This document shows, one piece after another, positions 39,706 through 48,859 of a DNA stretch of 64,000 nucleotides. The stretch covers positions 6,113-70,112 of the forward strand of contig CBFDSV010000003.1 of assembly GCA_965612735.1 (NCBI GenBank), read 5' to 3'. The notes below the pieces were generated by a model. It saw only the letters and a program-made list of their open reading frames with translations, made no database searches and had not been told where the DNA came from. A program made the position numbers and the translations under genes. This stretch comes from an uncultured bacterium. Its GTDB lineage: Bacteria > Hydrothermota > UBA3072 > B12-G15. Every line of letters begins with the position of its first letter. The stretch's first letter is position 1.

Positions 39706-41370
39706 TCCTTTCTGTATAAATAGATACCGCTTTATCTTCTTTGTACTTGTCTTGGGAAATTCCTCTTCTCTGATTACTATTCTTCTTATCCTCTTATAGT
39801 CAGCCATTTTTTCATTCACCTTTTTTATTTCACCCATGAGGATATCATAGATATTCTCTTCACAGGGCATTTCCCCCTTCTTCTGGCAGTACTCGTCAAC
39901 CGCCTCAAAATTCGGATAGATATGTGCTACAAGTTCATCAAGACCAGTATTCGCATTCTTCTCCATCAATACAAGAACCTCTTCAACAAATGGGGATTCC
40001 CCTATCTTTTCCTCTATCTCCTCTGGATATATATTTTTCCCACCTCTGGTCACTATTACGGATTTTGCCCTTCCGGTTATGTATATATACCCTTCGTCAT
40101 CAATATATCCAAGGTCACCTGTCCTGAACCATCCATCCTCTGAGAGGACTTCCCTTGTTGCCTTTGGGTTCTTGTAGTATCCCACCATAACATTGGGTCC
40201 TCTTACAACCAGTTCTCCAACCCCCTCAATCTCATCAATAAGTTTTACTTCCATACCAGGGAGTGGAAGACCAATGGATGCATTTTTAGGTCTTTTTGGT
40301 GGGTTCACAGAAACAACAGGTGAGGTTTCAGTTAGTCCATAACCCTGAAGGATTGGGAATCCCCATATCTCCAGTTTTCTTGACACCCACTCTGGAAGTG
40401 CTGCTCCACCAGATACAAGGTATCTCAGTTGGTCCATCCCCAGTGCCTCCCTTATGGCCTTAAACACCTTTTTTGATAGTCCCCTTATGTTCCTCTTTGT
40501 AAGTGGTGAAGCAATGGCTGAGAACATGCCAATTATCCCTTTTTTCAGTCCTTTCTGGTTCTTCAATTCCCTTTCTATACCCTGAACAATCTTCTCAAGT
40601 AAAAGTGGAACTGCCAGCACAATCAGGGGTTTTGTTGCCTGCATATCCTGTTTCAGTTCATTGGACTTGAATGACCTTGCAATTGTGAGGGTAACACCTG
40701 TAGTGAGTGAAAGTATAAATCCCACTGTGTAAGGGAACACATGGTGGAGAGGGAGAATGAGGAATTGATTATCACCAGGGTAGAATTCAAGTATCATATA
40801 TATCTGGTCAACATTGGACATGATGTTTCTGTGGGACAGCATCACACCCTTTGAGTTCCCTGTTGTTCCAGATGTAAAGAAAAGAACTGCGAGGTCTTCA
40901 AGTGTGAGGGCCTTCTCCCTTTCCATACCTGGACTTTTGTAGTAGTCCTTTATCTCGTCAAACCCCACCTGAGTGCATACCTTTGCAAACTCTTCAGAAG
41001 GTGAATCTGTAATAATGAGTTTTGAATCAGATAGCCTCAAAATGTGTACTGCCTCAGATTCAGTGAGCCTTGCATCTATTGGCACAACAACACCACCAAA
41101 CCAGTGAACAGCAAGTGCAGATATTATCCATTCAGGGCAGTTTGAACCCCTTATGGCAACATGGTCTCCCTTTTTCAATCCAAATGTTTCTGTTAATCCC
41201 TTTGCCAGCATCTTCACAATTGTATAGAGTTCACCATAGGTGTACCTCTCCCAGCCGTACTCCTTTCTCATCTGGAGGGCTGGGATGTCAGGGTGTTCCT
41301 GTGCAATCCTTTCAAACATTTCAGGGATTGGAATAATTCCCCTTGATTCTCTAATGATTTTAAATTCCAT
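39691..41370 (-). CDS. Long-chain-fatty-acid--CoA ligase (AMP-dependent synthetase/ligase)
   Basis: AMP-binding motif FTSGTTGNSKGVMLSHRN. GYGLTETS. C-terminal TGDLGYIDDEGY. Confidence 0.85.
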   Translation of the reverse strand: MEFKIIRESRGIIPIPEMFERIAQEHPDIPALQMRKEYGWERYTYGELYTIVKMLAKGLTETFGLKKGDHVAIRGSNCPEWIISALAVHWFGGVVVPIDARLTESEAVHILRLSDSKLIITDSPSEEFAKVCTQVGFDEIKDYYKSPGMEREKALTLEDLAVLFFTSGTTGNSKGVMLSHRNIMSNVDQIYMILEFYPGDNQFLILPLHHVFPYTVGFILSLTTGVTLTIARSFKSNELKQDMQATKPLIVLAVPLLLEKIVQGIERELKNQKGLKKGIIGMFSAIASPLTKRNIRGLSKKVFKAIREALGMDQLRYLVSGGAALPEWVSRKLEIWGFPILQGYGLTETSPVVSVNPPKRPKNASIGLPLPGMEVKLIDEIEGVGELVVRGPNVMVGYYKNPKATREVLSEDGWFRTGDLGYIDDEGYIYITGRAKSVIVTRGGKNIYPEEIEEKIGESPFVEEVLVLMEKNANTGLDELVAHIYPNFEAVDEYCQKKGEMPCEENIYDILMGEIKKVNEKMADYKRIRRIVIREEEFPKTSTKKIKRYLFIQKGREVE

Positions 41371-42643
41371 AATCTCTCCTCCATTCATCAATGAGTTTTA
41401 TTGCCCTTTCAGAGGCAATCCTCCTCTTTTCTTTACCCTTCCCAGGGGTTGGTGGCAGAAGTCCAAAATTTGCATTCATAGGCTGAAAATCTTTCTTCTC
41501 TTCATGAAGATGGTCAATCAGTCCTCTCATCATGGTTCCTTCTGGTGGAAGTACTGGTTCCTTACCAATCAGTTCTCTATAAATATTAATACCTGTTAGA
41601 AGACCTGTTGCCATGGCCTCCACATATCCTTCAACACCTGTGAGCGTCCCAATCACATAAACATTTTCCATCAATTTCAGGTATCTGTCAAGTACCTTTG
41701 GTGAGTTTATGTATGTGTTTCTGTGTATCTTCCCATACCTCAAAAATTCAGCCTTTTTCAGGCAGGGTATCATTCTAAAAACCCTCTTTTGTTCTCCTAT
41801 CTTCAGCCTTGTCTGGAATCCAACAATGTTCCACATGTTTCCTTCTCTGTTTTCCTTCCTCAGTTGAACAATGGCAAAGGTATTTTTGAATTTTTCAGGG
41901 ATTTTCAGCCCAACGGGTTTCATCAATGAAAAACGGAGTGTTTCTTTGCCTCTCCTTGCCATCTCCTCTATTGGGAGGCAACCTTCAAAAAATAAATCCT
42001 CCTTTATATGTGGTATGTACTTTTCAGCATTCAGGAGTGCCTCCACAAATTGATAGTATTCTTCCTTTGTGAGAGGACAGTTTATGTAGTCCTCTCCTGC
42101 ACCATACCTTGAACCCATAAATGCCCAATCCATATCAATGGATTCAGAAGAAACAATTGGAGAAACAGCATCATAGAAGTAAAGATATTCTCCTGTATAT
42201 TTTTTCAAGGAATGTGTAATTTTTTCAGATGCAAGTGGCCCTCCTGCAATCACAACAATACCATCAAGTTCATCAATCCCCTTTTCTTCCCTTACAACAT
42301 TGCAGACCCTCTCAGTGAATTCTGTTATGTCCCTGCTGAATCTCTCCCTGTCCACCACAAGGGCTTTACCACCAGGCACCCTGTGTTTTTCAGCAAAGGA
42401 AAGAAGGGTTGAACCCAGAATCTTCATTTCCGCCTTGAGCAACCCATGGGCATTTGTAATTTCCTCTGATTTCAAAGAATTGGAGCAAACCAGTTCAGCA
42501 AGATACCCTGTCTTATGGGCTGGGGTCATTTTTTTGGGTCTCATCTCGTAGATGGTTACATCAATCCCTCTATCAGCAAGGTAGAGGGCACATTCAACCC
42601 CTGAAAGACCTCCCCCAATTATGTTAACCCTTTTAGAATGCAT
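41360..42643 (-). CDS. trmFO: Methylenetetrahydrofolate--tRNA-(uracil54-C5)-methyltransferase TrmFO
   Basis: Near-colinear with B. subtilis TrmFO/Gid: VNIIGGGLSG, YEMRP, TPAHKT, AELVCSNSL, LYFYDA, FQPMNANFGLL. Confidence 0.9.
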   Translation of the reverse strand: MHSKRVNIIGGGLSGVECALYLADRGIDVTIYEMRPKKMTPAHKTGYLAELVCSNSLKSEEITNAHGLLKAEMKILGSTLLSFAEKHRVPGGKALVVDRERFSRDITEFTERVCNVVREEKGIDELDGIVVIAGGPLASEKITHSLKKYTGEYLYFYDAVSPIVSSESIDMDWAFMGSRYGAGEDYINCPLTKEEYYQFVEALLNAEKYIPHIKEDLFFEGCLPIEEMARRGKETLRFSLMKPVGLKIPEKFKNTFAIVQLRKENREGNMWNIVGFQTRLKIGEQKRVFRMIPCLKKAEFLRYGKIHRNTYINSPKVLDRYLKLMENVYVIGTLTGVEGYVEAMATGLLTGINIYRELIGKEPVLPPEGTMMRGLIDHLHEEKKDFQPMNANFGLLPPTPGKGKEKRRIASERAIKLIDEWRRDYGI

Positions 42644-45422
42644 AACCCAGATATATGGAGTAGTAGGTTTCCCTTGATATGGTGGCCAGGTCTGTTCTCT
42701 TTGCCACGTAGAAATTTACATCAGTAATCCCCAGATTTAACTTTGCCTCAAACCCTATGCTTGCTACAGGGTCAACAAGTCTGGGGAAACCTGTTGAGAA
42801 GTCAAATATTCTGTATTCATCCATGGAATAGGTTGCACCACCAGCATCAAAGAAGAATGCACCCATTATCCCTGATATGGAAACAGGGGGAAATCCCAGT
42901 TCAAGTTTCTTGACAAATGGGAACCTGAGTTCCATACTGAAAACCCCGGCCTTTGTCCCATACTGTTCGTAATAATCATAGCCCCTGACCCACCCAAGAT
43001 CACCAATTCCAACAGCACCCCCAAGGTGTAGAACATCCCTTCCCCATGAACTGATGAGCATTAACCGTGAGGCAAAACTCCATCTGTTCCCAAAGTAGTG
43101 ATACCACCTTAGATCTGTTGATATGCTCTTCAAATCCCATACATTTTCATAATATACAAGGGGGAAAATGAACTTCACATATCCCCTGAATCCCTTCACA
43201 GGTGCATACCCATACCAGAGGGTATTGTCGTGAACAAGCCATGTTTCACCAAACACACCAAATTCAGATACAGAACCGGTATAAAATAGTGTATCGTGGG
43301 ATGCACGGTAACTATCATATGTGAGGTAATTTGAAAGGGTATAAAAGTCAAACCTTGTGAATGTATCAAAGGGATATCTTATAAGTGTTCCCATTCCCCA
43401 GAGTGTCCCGAAATTGTAGTACAGGTCATTGCCATACTGGGAGAGGAATCCAACCGAATATTTACTTATTGAAAATCCGTAGTCTATTCTCCTTGGAAGA
43501 TACATGTATATAATCTCAAAGTCGCTGTTGATGATATCAGTATTATTGAAGTATGCAAAAATCTGGTGATTCCCGAGCATATCACTTATTCCCAGAAGGA
43601 ATTCTCCCCATAGACCGTAGTATGTATCGTAGAGCACATAAGACTGGAGGTAGTCAATACTCAACTCCACTGGAGCCCTTTTCCCATTCACCGTCTTTTC
43701 AGGTATCAATCTGAACCTGACCTCAGGGAATTCTCTGTATGGAAGGGGTTCTGTAGGTATAAAAGAGGATATGTCGTCCATATAGAATATATCCCATGCA
43801 CCATCAACAAAACATGAGAGGGCACAGGAGGTTCCATTCCTGTCTATTGAGTATCCCTGGATTGATTCAAGGAATCTTGTGAGTTGATAAATTCTACCTG
43901 AATTTACATTGTAAACAAATAGATTTTTGCTACCATCCCTTTCTGAAAGGAAGTATATCAAACTATCCCTTCCATAAGGTGAAAAAACAGAACCATCAAA
44001 GGATAAGAGTTTCTTTATAACCCCGTCCTCTATCACATACAGGTCATATTTATCGTAATCCCATTCATTCCCTGATGGTTTTGAGGAAACAAAGAGTACT
44101 TTATCACCCCAGAAGGAAGGATTCAATTCTGAATAAAAATCATTGGTCAGGTTGAATAAATCTTTATTTTCAAGATTGTAAAGGTAAATGTCAGGAGTCC
44201 CGTCAATAACCCCAGTCAGGACTATTCTTTTACCATCGGGTGAGAATTCTGGCCACATAATCCTGTCAAGTTTGAGTGAAATCCTGTTGATTATCCTTCC
44301 CTTTTTGAAACTGTAGAGGTATAGGACATCCCTTCCCATTTCCTTGGATGTAAAGCATATAGTATCACCAGTGGGAGAGACACCAATGTGACCTTCAAGG
44401 ATATGCAGGGATTCAAACTTCCTGCCTCTCCCCCCCGTTACTACCCTTCCAAGGTCCCTGTTGTTTATGGGACTAACAGCCCTTATCTCTATGTCTCCTT
44501 TTGAGTCTGTGTAGTAAATTATTCTTGAGCCATCCGATGATATAGAAGGTGCATAGTTCAGATAATTTTTCTTTACCCTGTGGTCAACCACCTTACTTGC
44601 GATCTCATCCACATACTCTCTCTCACTGAGTAAAGGCCAGTAATCCTTCTTTATCTTTCTCTGCCACATCTCATCAAGTTTCTGGATGTTTATTCCAAGA
44701 ACCTTCTCAACTGCCCTGTCAAAGGATTTTGTAACCCTGATCGCATTCACAATCTCACCGATTTTCTGTATTCCATACCTATCCTCAATGAACTTCAATA
44801 CACTCTGGCCTTCCTTGTATATCACAAGCCCACCATAGTATTCAAGCCTTGTCAGGGGTATGACATTCTGGTTGATTACAAGGTCCCTCATATAACTGTC
44901 AGATTCTCCATTCCATCCAATGGAATAAAATTCTGCCATTCCCTCTATAAACCACAGAGGAATATTCATTGTGAGCCTCTTGTTTAAAGCATTCAGTCCA
45001 GTTCCAAACCATATCCTGTTCTGGAACACATGGACAAGTTCGTGTGAAAGAACATGCCTCAATGATGACCAGTTTCCATCAAATGGGACAACCACCCTGT
45101 TCTTAAAACTCTCCGTAAACCCTCCAACAGATTCAGGAAGCCTTGAAAGAATAACATTTGTTTCTTCAAACTTGTTATAGGAGTTATAAATGATAACGGG
45201 TATCTTTTCTTCATCCCCCTCTGTCCTGTATGTGAGCCTTTTCCTGAGGTAAACATAGGTGGATTCAAGCACCTGAATAGAAAATCCTGCCATACCCTCA
45301 CTTCCATCCTGATAGTATAGTTTGAAGTGTTCGGATTCAATTATATTCCACTTAATGTTTTCGTACTGCACCTTGTTCTGTCCAAATGGATACTGCGATA
45401 AAAGGAGTAAAAGGTATATCAT
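42633..45422 (-). CDS. Large outer-membrane protein: Peptidase_MA-like HExxH domain, TolB/PD40-like beta-propeller repeats, C-terminal beta-barrel
   Basis: LSHELVHVF...WFIEGMAEFYS is zincin-like. PD40-like repeats (SSDGSRIIYYTD; FSPDGKRIVLTG). C-terminus ...IYLGYAF ends in an aromatic residue. Confidence 0.55.
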   Translation of the reverse strand: MIYLLLLLSQYPFGQNKVQYENIKWNIIESEHFKLYYQDGSEGMAGFSIQVLESTYVYLRKRLTYRTEGDEEKIPVIIYNSYNKFEETNVILSRLPESVGGFTESFKNRVVVPFDGNWSSLRHVLSHELVHVFQNRIWFGTGLNALNKRLTMNIPLWFIEGMAEFYSIGWNGESDSYMRDLVINQNVIPLTRLEYYGGLVIYKEGQSVLKFIEDRYGIQKIGEIVNAIRVTKSFDRAVEKVLGINIQKLDEMWQRKIKKDYWPLLSEREYVDEIASKVVDHRVKKNYLNYAPSISSDGSRIIYYTDSKGDIEIRAVSPINNRDLGRVVTGGRGRKFESLHILEGHIGVSPTGDTICFTSKEMGRDVLYLYSFKKGRIINRISLKLDRIMWPEFSPDGKRIVLTGVIDGTPDIYLYNLENKDLFNLTNDFYSELNPSFWGDKVLFVSSKPSGNEWDYDKYDLYVIEDGVIKKLLSFDGSVFSPYGRDSLIYFLSERDGSKNLFVYNVNSGRIYQLTRFLESIQGYSIDRNGTSCALSCFVDGAWDIFYMDDISSFIPTEPLPYREFPEVRFRLIPEKTVNGKRAPVELSIDYLQSYVLYDTYYGLWGEFLLGISDMLGNHQIFAYFNNTDIINSDFEIIYMYLPRRIDYGFSISKYSVGFLSQYGNDLYYNFGTLWGMGTLIRYPFDTFTRFDFYTLSNYLTYDSYRASHDTLFYTGSVSEFGVFGETWLVHDNTLWYGYAPVKGFRGYVKFIFPLVYYENVWDLKSISTDLRWYHYFGNRWSFASRLMLISSWGRDVLHLGGAVGIGDLGWVRGYDYYEQYGTKAGVFSMELRFPFVKKLELGFPPVSISGIMGAFFFDAGGATYSMDEYRIFDFSTGFPRLVDPVASIGFEAKLNLGITDVNFYVAKRTDLATISRETYYSIYLGYAF

Positions 45423-45859
45423 TTTATCATCTCTGCTATTACAAAGCCCATGAGGAGTCCCATCATGAATGTGATTGAAAGCATCTTTGCGTCAATCAGT
45501 TCCCTCTTATATCCCATTTTTATTGCGAAGAAGGTGAGCAGGTTACCAACACCATTCACAAGGAGAACCAGCGGGATTGCAAAGAACTTTACAATCAATG
45601 GTCCAACACCAGGAACAACGCTTATAGTTCCAAGGAGTGCCTGAATGCCCTGGCTCAAAATCCCTATGAGAAAGACAATAGAACCCACAAGGAATTTATC
45701 CCATCTGAATTTTATTGTGAGGAGTATCATTACAACTGCAAACACAAGCCATAGAACAAAGGAGATTACTTTTTTCTTATTCCTGGGAACCTTTGAAATT
45801 TCAAGTTCCTCAATCTCTTCTTCAAGTTCTTTTTCCAGTTCCTTTATATTTTTAGCCAT
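45419..45859 (-). CDS. Hypothetical small membrane protein (acidic coiled N-terminus plus 3-4 TM helices)
   Basis: ORF overlaps its neighbours by 4 and 16 bp. Hydrophobic helices are present. Confidence 0.4.
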   Translation of the reverse strand: MAKNIKELEKELEEEIEELEISKVPRNKKKVISFVLWLVFAVVMILLTIKFRWDKFLVGSIVFLIGILSQGIQALLGTISVVPGVGPLIVKFFAIPLVLLVNGVGNLLTFFAIKMGYKRELIDAKMLSITFMMGLLMGFVIAEMIK

Positions 45860-47394
45860 AGTTTTCTATCAAGTGTCCTGTACTGCACTGCCTCTGAAAC
45901 ATGCTCAACCTTAATAATATCACTTCCATCAATGTCCGCAATGGTCCTTGAAAGTTTGAGTATCCTGTCATAGGCCCTTGCAGAAAAACCGAATTTTTTC
46001 ATTGCTGTTTCCAGGATTGTCTCAGCATCGGATTGAAGTTTACAGAATTCTTTCATCATCTTTGGTGTGAGCATGCTATTTGTTGATATCCCCATGTCCC
46101 TGTACCTGTTTTTCTGAATCTCCCTTGCCCTTTTGACCCTTTCCCTCATGTCCTTTGAGGATGTTGAAGGTGTATCCCCTTTGAGGTCTTCAAACTTCAC
46201 CCTTGGAACATCAATGTGGATATCTATTCTATCAAGAAGGGGACCTGATATCTTCCCCACATATCTGTCTATCTGACCTGCTGTGCATGTACACTCAACA
46301 TAAGGGTCTCCAAAGTATCCACATGGGCATGGGTTCATTGCTGCAACAAGCATAAATCGTGCAGGGAATGTTGCGTGGTGATGTGCACGGGAAACAGTAA
46401 CAATGCCATCCTCCAGAGGCTGCCTCAAAACCTCAAGCACATCCCTTCTGAATTCAGGGAGTTCATCAAGGAATAAGACACCATTGTGGGCAAGGCTCAC
46501 CTCACCTGGTTTTGGGTGTGTCCCACCACCTATAAGCCCTGCATACGAAACAGTATGGTGAGGTGCCCTGAATGGCCTTGTATATACAATTGGGGTATCA
46601 GAGGGAAGCATACCAGCAGCAGAATGGATCTTTGTTGATTCAATGGCCTCCTCAAGTTCCATCTCTGGAAGTATGGTGGGAATCCTTCTTGCAAGCATGG
46701 TCTTGCCAGACCCTGGAGGACCAATCATCAGGATGTTATGCCCACCTGCTGCAGCAACCTCAATCGCCCTCTTTGCAGGCTCCTGGCCTTTAACATCGGA
46801 AAAATCTATGTGATAGATTGAGGAAATCCTGAAGATATTTTCCCTGTCAATCATAAAAGGCTGGGGGAGTGGAGGAGTGAGTATCTCAACTGCCTCTTTA
46901 AGGTCTCCAGCAGGAAAAACAGGAACCTCCACCATTGATGCCTCAACCGCATTCTTTCTGGGACAGAGTATTCCCTGCAGACCCTCCTCCCTTGCAAGTA
47001 TGGATGAGGCAAGTGCACCCCTGACACCTCTCAATTCACCATCAAGTGCCAGTTCACCAATAATGAGGAATTTCTCAAGATTTTCAGGGGAAATCTGACC
47101 ACTTGCCGCAAGAATACCAAGGGCAATGGAAAGGTCAAGTGCGGTCCCCTCCTTACGTATATCTGCTGGAGCAAGGTTCACTGTTATCCTTTTGTTGTTG
47201 GGGAATGAGAAGCCAGAGTTTTTTATTGCTGTTTCCACCCTCTCCCTTGATTCCTTCACAGCGGTTTCAGGGAGACCAACAATGGTGAATGCTGGAAGTC
47301 CCCTTCCAAGATTTACCTCAACAACAACCTTTTTTGCCTCAACACCATACAGGGTGTATGAATTCAATCTGAAAAACATTTCTGGATTATACAT
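45844..47394 (-). CDS. YifB/ComM-family Mg-chelatase-like AAA+ ATPase
   Basis: ChlI-type Walker A MIGPPGSGKTMLARR. N-terminal Lon-like domain. C-terminal Mg-chelatase domain. Confidence 0.85.
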   Translation of the reverse strand: MYNPEMFFRLNSYTLYGVEAKKVVVEVNLGRGLPAFTIVGLPETAVKESRERVETAIKNSGFSFPNNKRITVNLAPADIRKEGTALDLSIALGILAASGQISPENLEKFLIIGELALDGELRGVRGALASSILAREEGLQGILCPRKNAVEASMVEVPVFPAGDLKEAVEILTPPLPQPFMIDRENIFRISSIYHIDFSDVKGQEPAKRAIEVAAAGGHNILMIGPPGSGKTMLARRIPTILPEMELEEAIESTKIHSAAGMLPSDTPIVYTRPFRAPHHTVSYAGLIGGGTHPKPGEVSLAHNGVLFLDELPEFRRDVLEVLRQPLEDGIVTVSRAHHHATFPARFMLVAAMNPCPCGYFGDPYVECTCTAGQIDRYVGKISGPLLDRIDIHIDVPRVKFEDLKGDTPSTSSKDMRERVKRAREIQKNRYRDMGISTNSMLTPKMMKEFCKLQSDAETILETAMKKFGFSARAYDRILKLSRTIADIDGSDIIKVEHVSEAVQYRTLDRKLWLKI

Positions 47395-47499
47395 GCCTGC
47401 GATGAACAGTCAAGCCTCGCCGCCAGATTTTAGACATCTGGATTTGTCAATAATCATATGGGGTATTATTAAAGTTTCCCAAATTTTTTTGGAAATGGC

Positions 47500-47527
47500 T
47501 TGACTTTTTACTTCTCTTTTCTATAAA
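47500..47527 (+). promoter_or_regulatory. Sigma-70-like promoter TTGACT-N16-TATAAA(AT)
   Basis: Good -35 and -10 hexamers about 55 nt upstream of the HTH ORF. Confidence 0.5.
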
Positions 47528-47583
47528 ATCATTAAGTGATATTAAATGATAAGCTCTGGCAGGTTCAAAAGGAGATAAAAATA

Positions 47584-47759
47584 ATGATCCTTGAAGAGAC
47601 CGCAAGATATCTAAAAAAAGAAAAATTACTCTTTATAAAACGGCAAGAGAAGGTAAAATCCCTACGGAGGTGACAATGTTTATAGTATTAAAAGATTTTG
47701 TTTGTTTTTCCAGAGGATGCACTAAGTGCGGATATAACCACGTTAGACGCAATGGTTAA
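47584..47759 (+). pseudogene. Excisionase/AlpA-type HTH (HTH_17-like) gene disrupted by a -1 frameshift
   Basis: Frame A reads MILEETARYLKKEKLLFIKR... and stops after 28 aa. A -1 shift continues as ...AREGKIPTEVTMF...CTKCGYNHVRRNG*. Joined, this gives the Xis motif (..YLK..K.LY.LI.EGKIP). Confidence 0.45.
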
Positions 47760-48332
47760 ATGGAGAGGATGGCTATGATTAAAATTAGAACGCTAAAGAA
47801 CCTCAATGCTAATGACTTGAGACAACTTTCAAGAAACTATGTTTCAACGGCCAAATATGTCGTCAAAAAGACCGAAACGCACGAACGTACAGTCATCACC
47901 CTCAAACTCACTGCCTTAGATAAGCCTTATGTAAAACATGATGATCTCGATGACACATTGTTGGATCGGTATGAACAAGTTGTTCAGCAGGGGTTATCTC
48001 TGGGAGCATACGATGGTGACCGGCTGGTTGGTATCGTTATTGCGGAGCAGGAGAGTTGGAATCGTAGCCTATGGGTCTGGGAATTCTGTGTTGCCGAGAC
48101 GCATAGGAGGAGGGGCATAGGAAAACAACTTATGGAGGCCCTGGCTGATAAAGCTAAAGAGGTTGGTATGCGAGTCATTGTTTGCGAGACTCAAAATTAT
48201 AATGTGCCTGCAATCGAATTCTATCGCAAGGTTGGTTTCGAGATTGAAGGGATTGACCTTTCCTACTACTCCAATAGAGATATGACGGAAGGGGAAGTGG
48301 CAATTTTCATGAAGAGGAAGCTGGAATCGTAG
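47760..48332 (+). CDS. GNAT-family N-acetyltransferase resembling streptothricin acetyltransferase (Sat/STAT) family
   Basis: WNRSLWVWEFCVAETHRRRGIGKQLMEAL...VIVCETQNYNVPAIEFYRKVGFEIEGIDLSYY aligns block-for-block with Sat/Nat1-type acetyltransferases. Arg/Ala codon choice (CGT, CGC, GCG) differs from the neighbouring genes. Confidence 0.7.
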   Translation: MERMAMIKIRTLKNLNANDLRQLSRNYVSTAKYVVKKTETHERTVITLKLTALDKPYVKHDDLDDTLLDRYEQVVQQGLSLGAYDGDRLVGIVIAEQESWNRSLWVWEFCVAETHRRRGIGKQLMEALADKAKEVGMRVIVCETQNYNVPAIEFYRKVGFEIEGIDLSYYSNRDMTEGEVAIFMKRKLES

Positions 48333-48442
48333 AAATAGGATATCTTCAGATAGTCACTGCGCCTAACAGCATATTTGCGACGCTTCGCTAAATTGCCTAA
48401 AGGCAACTTCGCAAACACGCTTGCCGTTATCGGAAAGAAATG

Positions 48443-48471
48443 GGTGCCGAGCGTTCACAAGTTCACAACTC
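48443..48471. repeat. Left copy of a perfect 29-bp inverted repeat (GGTGCCGAGCGTTCACAAGTTCACAACTC)
   Basis: Exact reverse complement occurs at 48783-48811. Confidence 0.95.
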
Positions 48472-48782
48472 ACATTCTTTATTTTTTTTATCCCCATTTT
48501 TCTAATTTGCTGATTTTTAGACTGATGCAGTTAATTGATATGTATTTTGTCCTTTTTCTTTTTTTGTTTTGCATATATGTTTACAAGTGTTAGGGTGCTT
48601 TTATAGTTGATTTTTTAATTATGATTTTAATAACAGGGGTATTATTTTTGTCAGAGAAATTATTAACAGGGATGATTTTTAAGTTTATTGTGATGAGTAC
48701 CTTAGATGGGTGGTATGGGTTAGTGGAGGCTGTGGTGGTAAGGTATAAATTTCTGGTAAAATGGGAATGGATGATAGGGATA

Positions 48783-48811
48783 GAGTTGTGAACTTGTGAA
48801 CGCTCGGCACC
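48783..48811. repeat. Right copy of the perfect 29-bp inverted repeat
   Basis: GAGTTGTGAACTTGTGAACGCTCGGCACC is the reverse complement of 48443-48471. The 311-bp spacer is AT-rich. Confidence 0.95.
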
Positions 48812-48859
48812 ATGGGGTTTATTGATTGACTAATTCCCTTTTTTTTGTATATTTCTCCT

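Noticed and set aside
47395-47470. tRNA fragment or att site (CCAGAT-TTTAGAC-ATCTGG anticodon-like stem-loop, anticodon TAG) at the edge of the islet
   Set aside because: There is only a 6-bp stem with no acceptor or T-arm context. It could be chance, so it is not called.
48443-48811. CRISPR array
   Set aside because: The only prominent repeats are a single inverted (not direct) 29-bp pair and coding tandem repeats. There are no regularly spaced direct repeats anywhere in the window.
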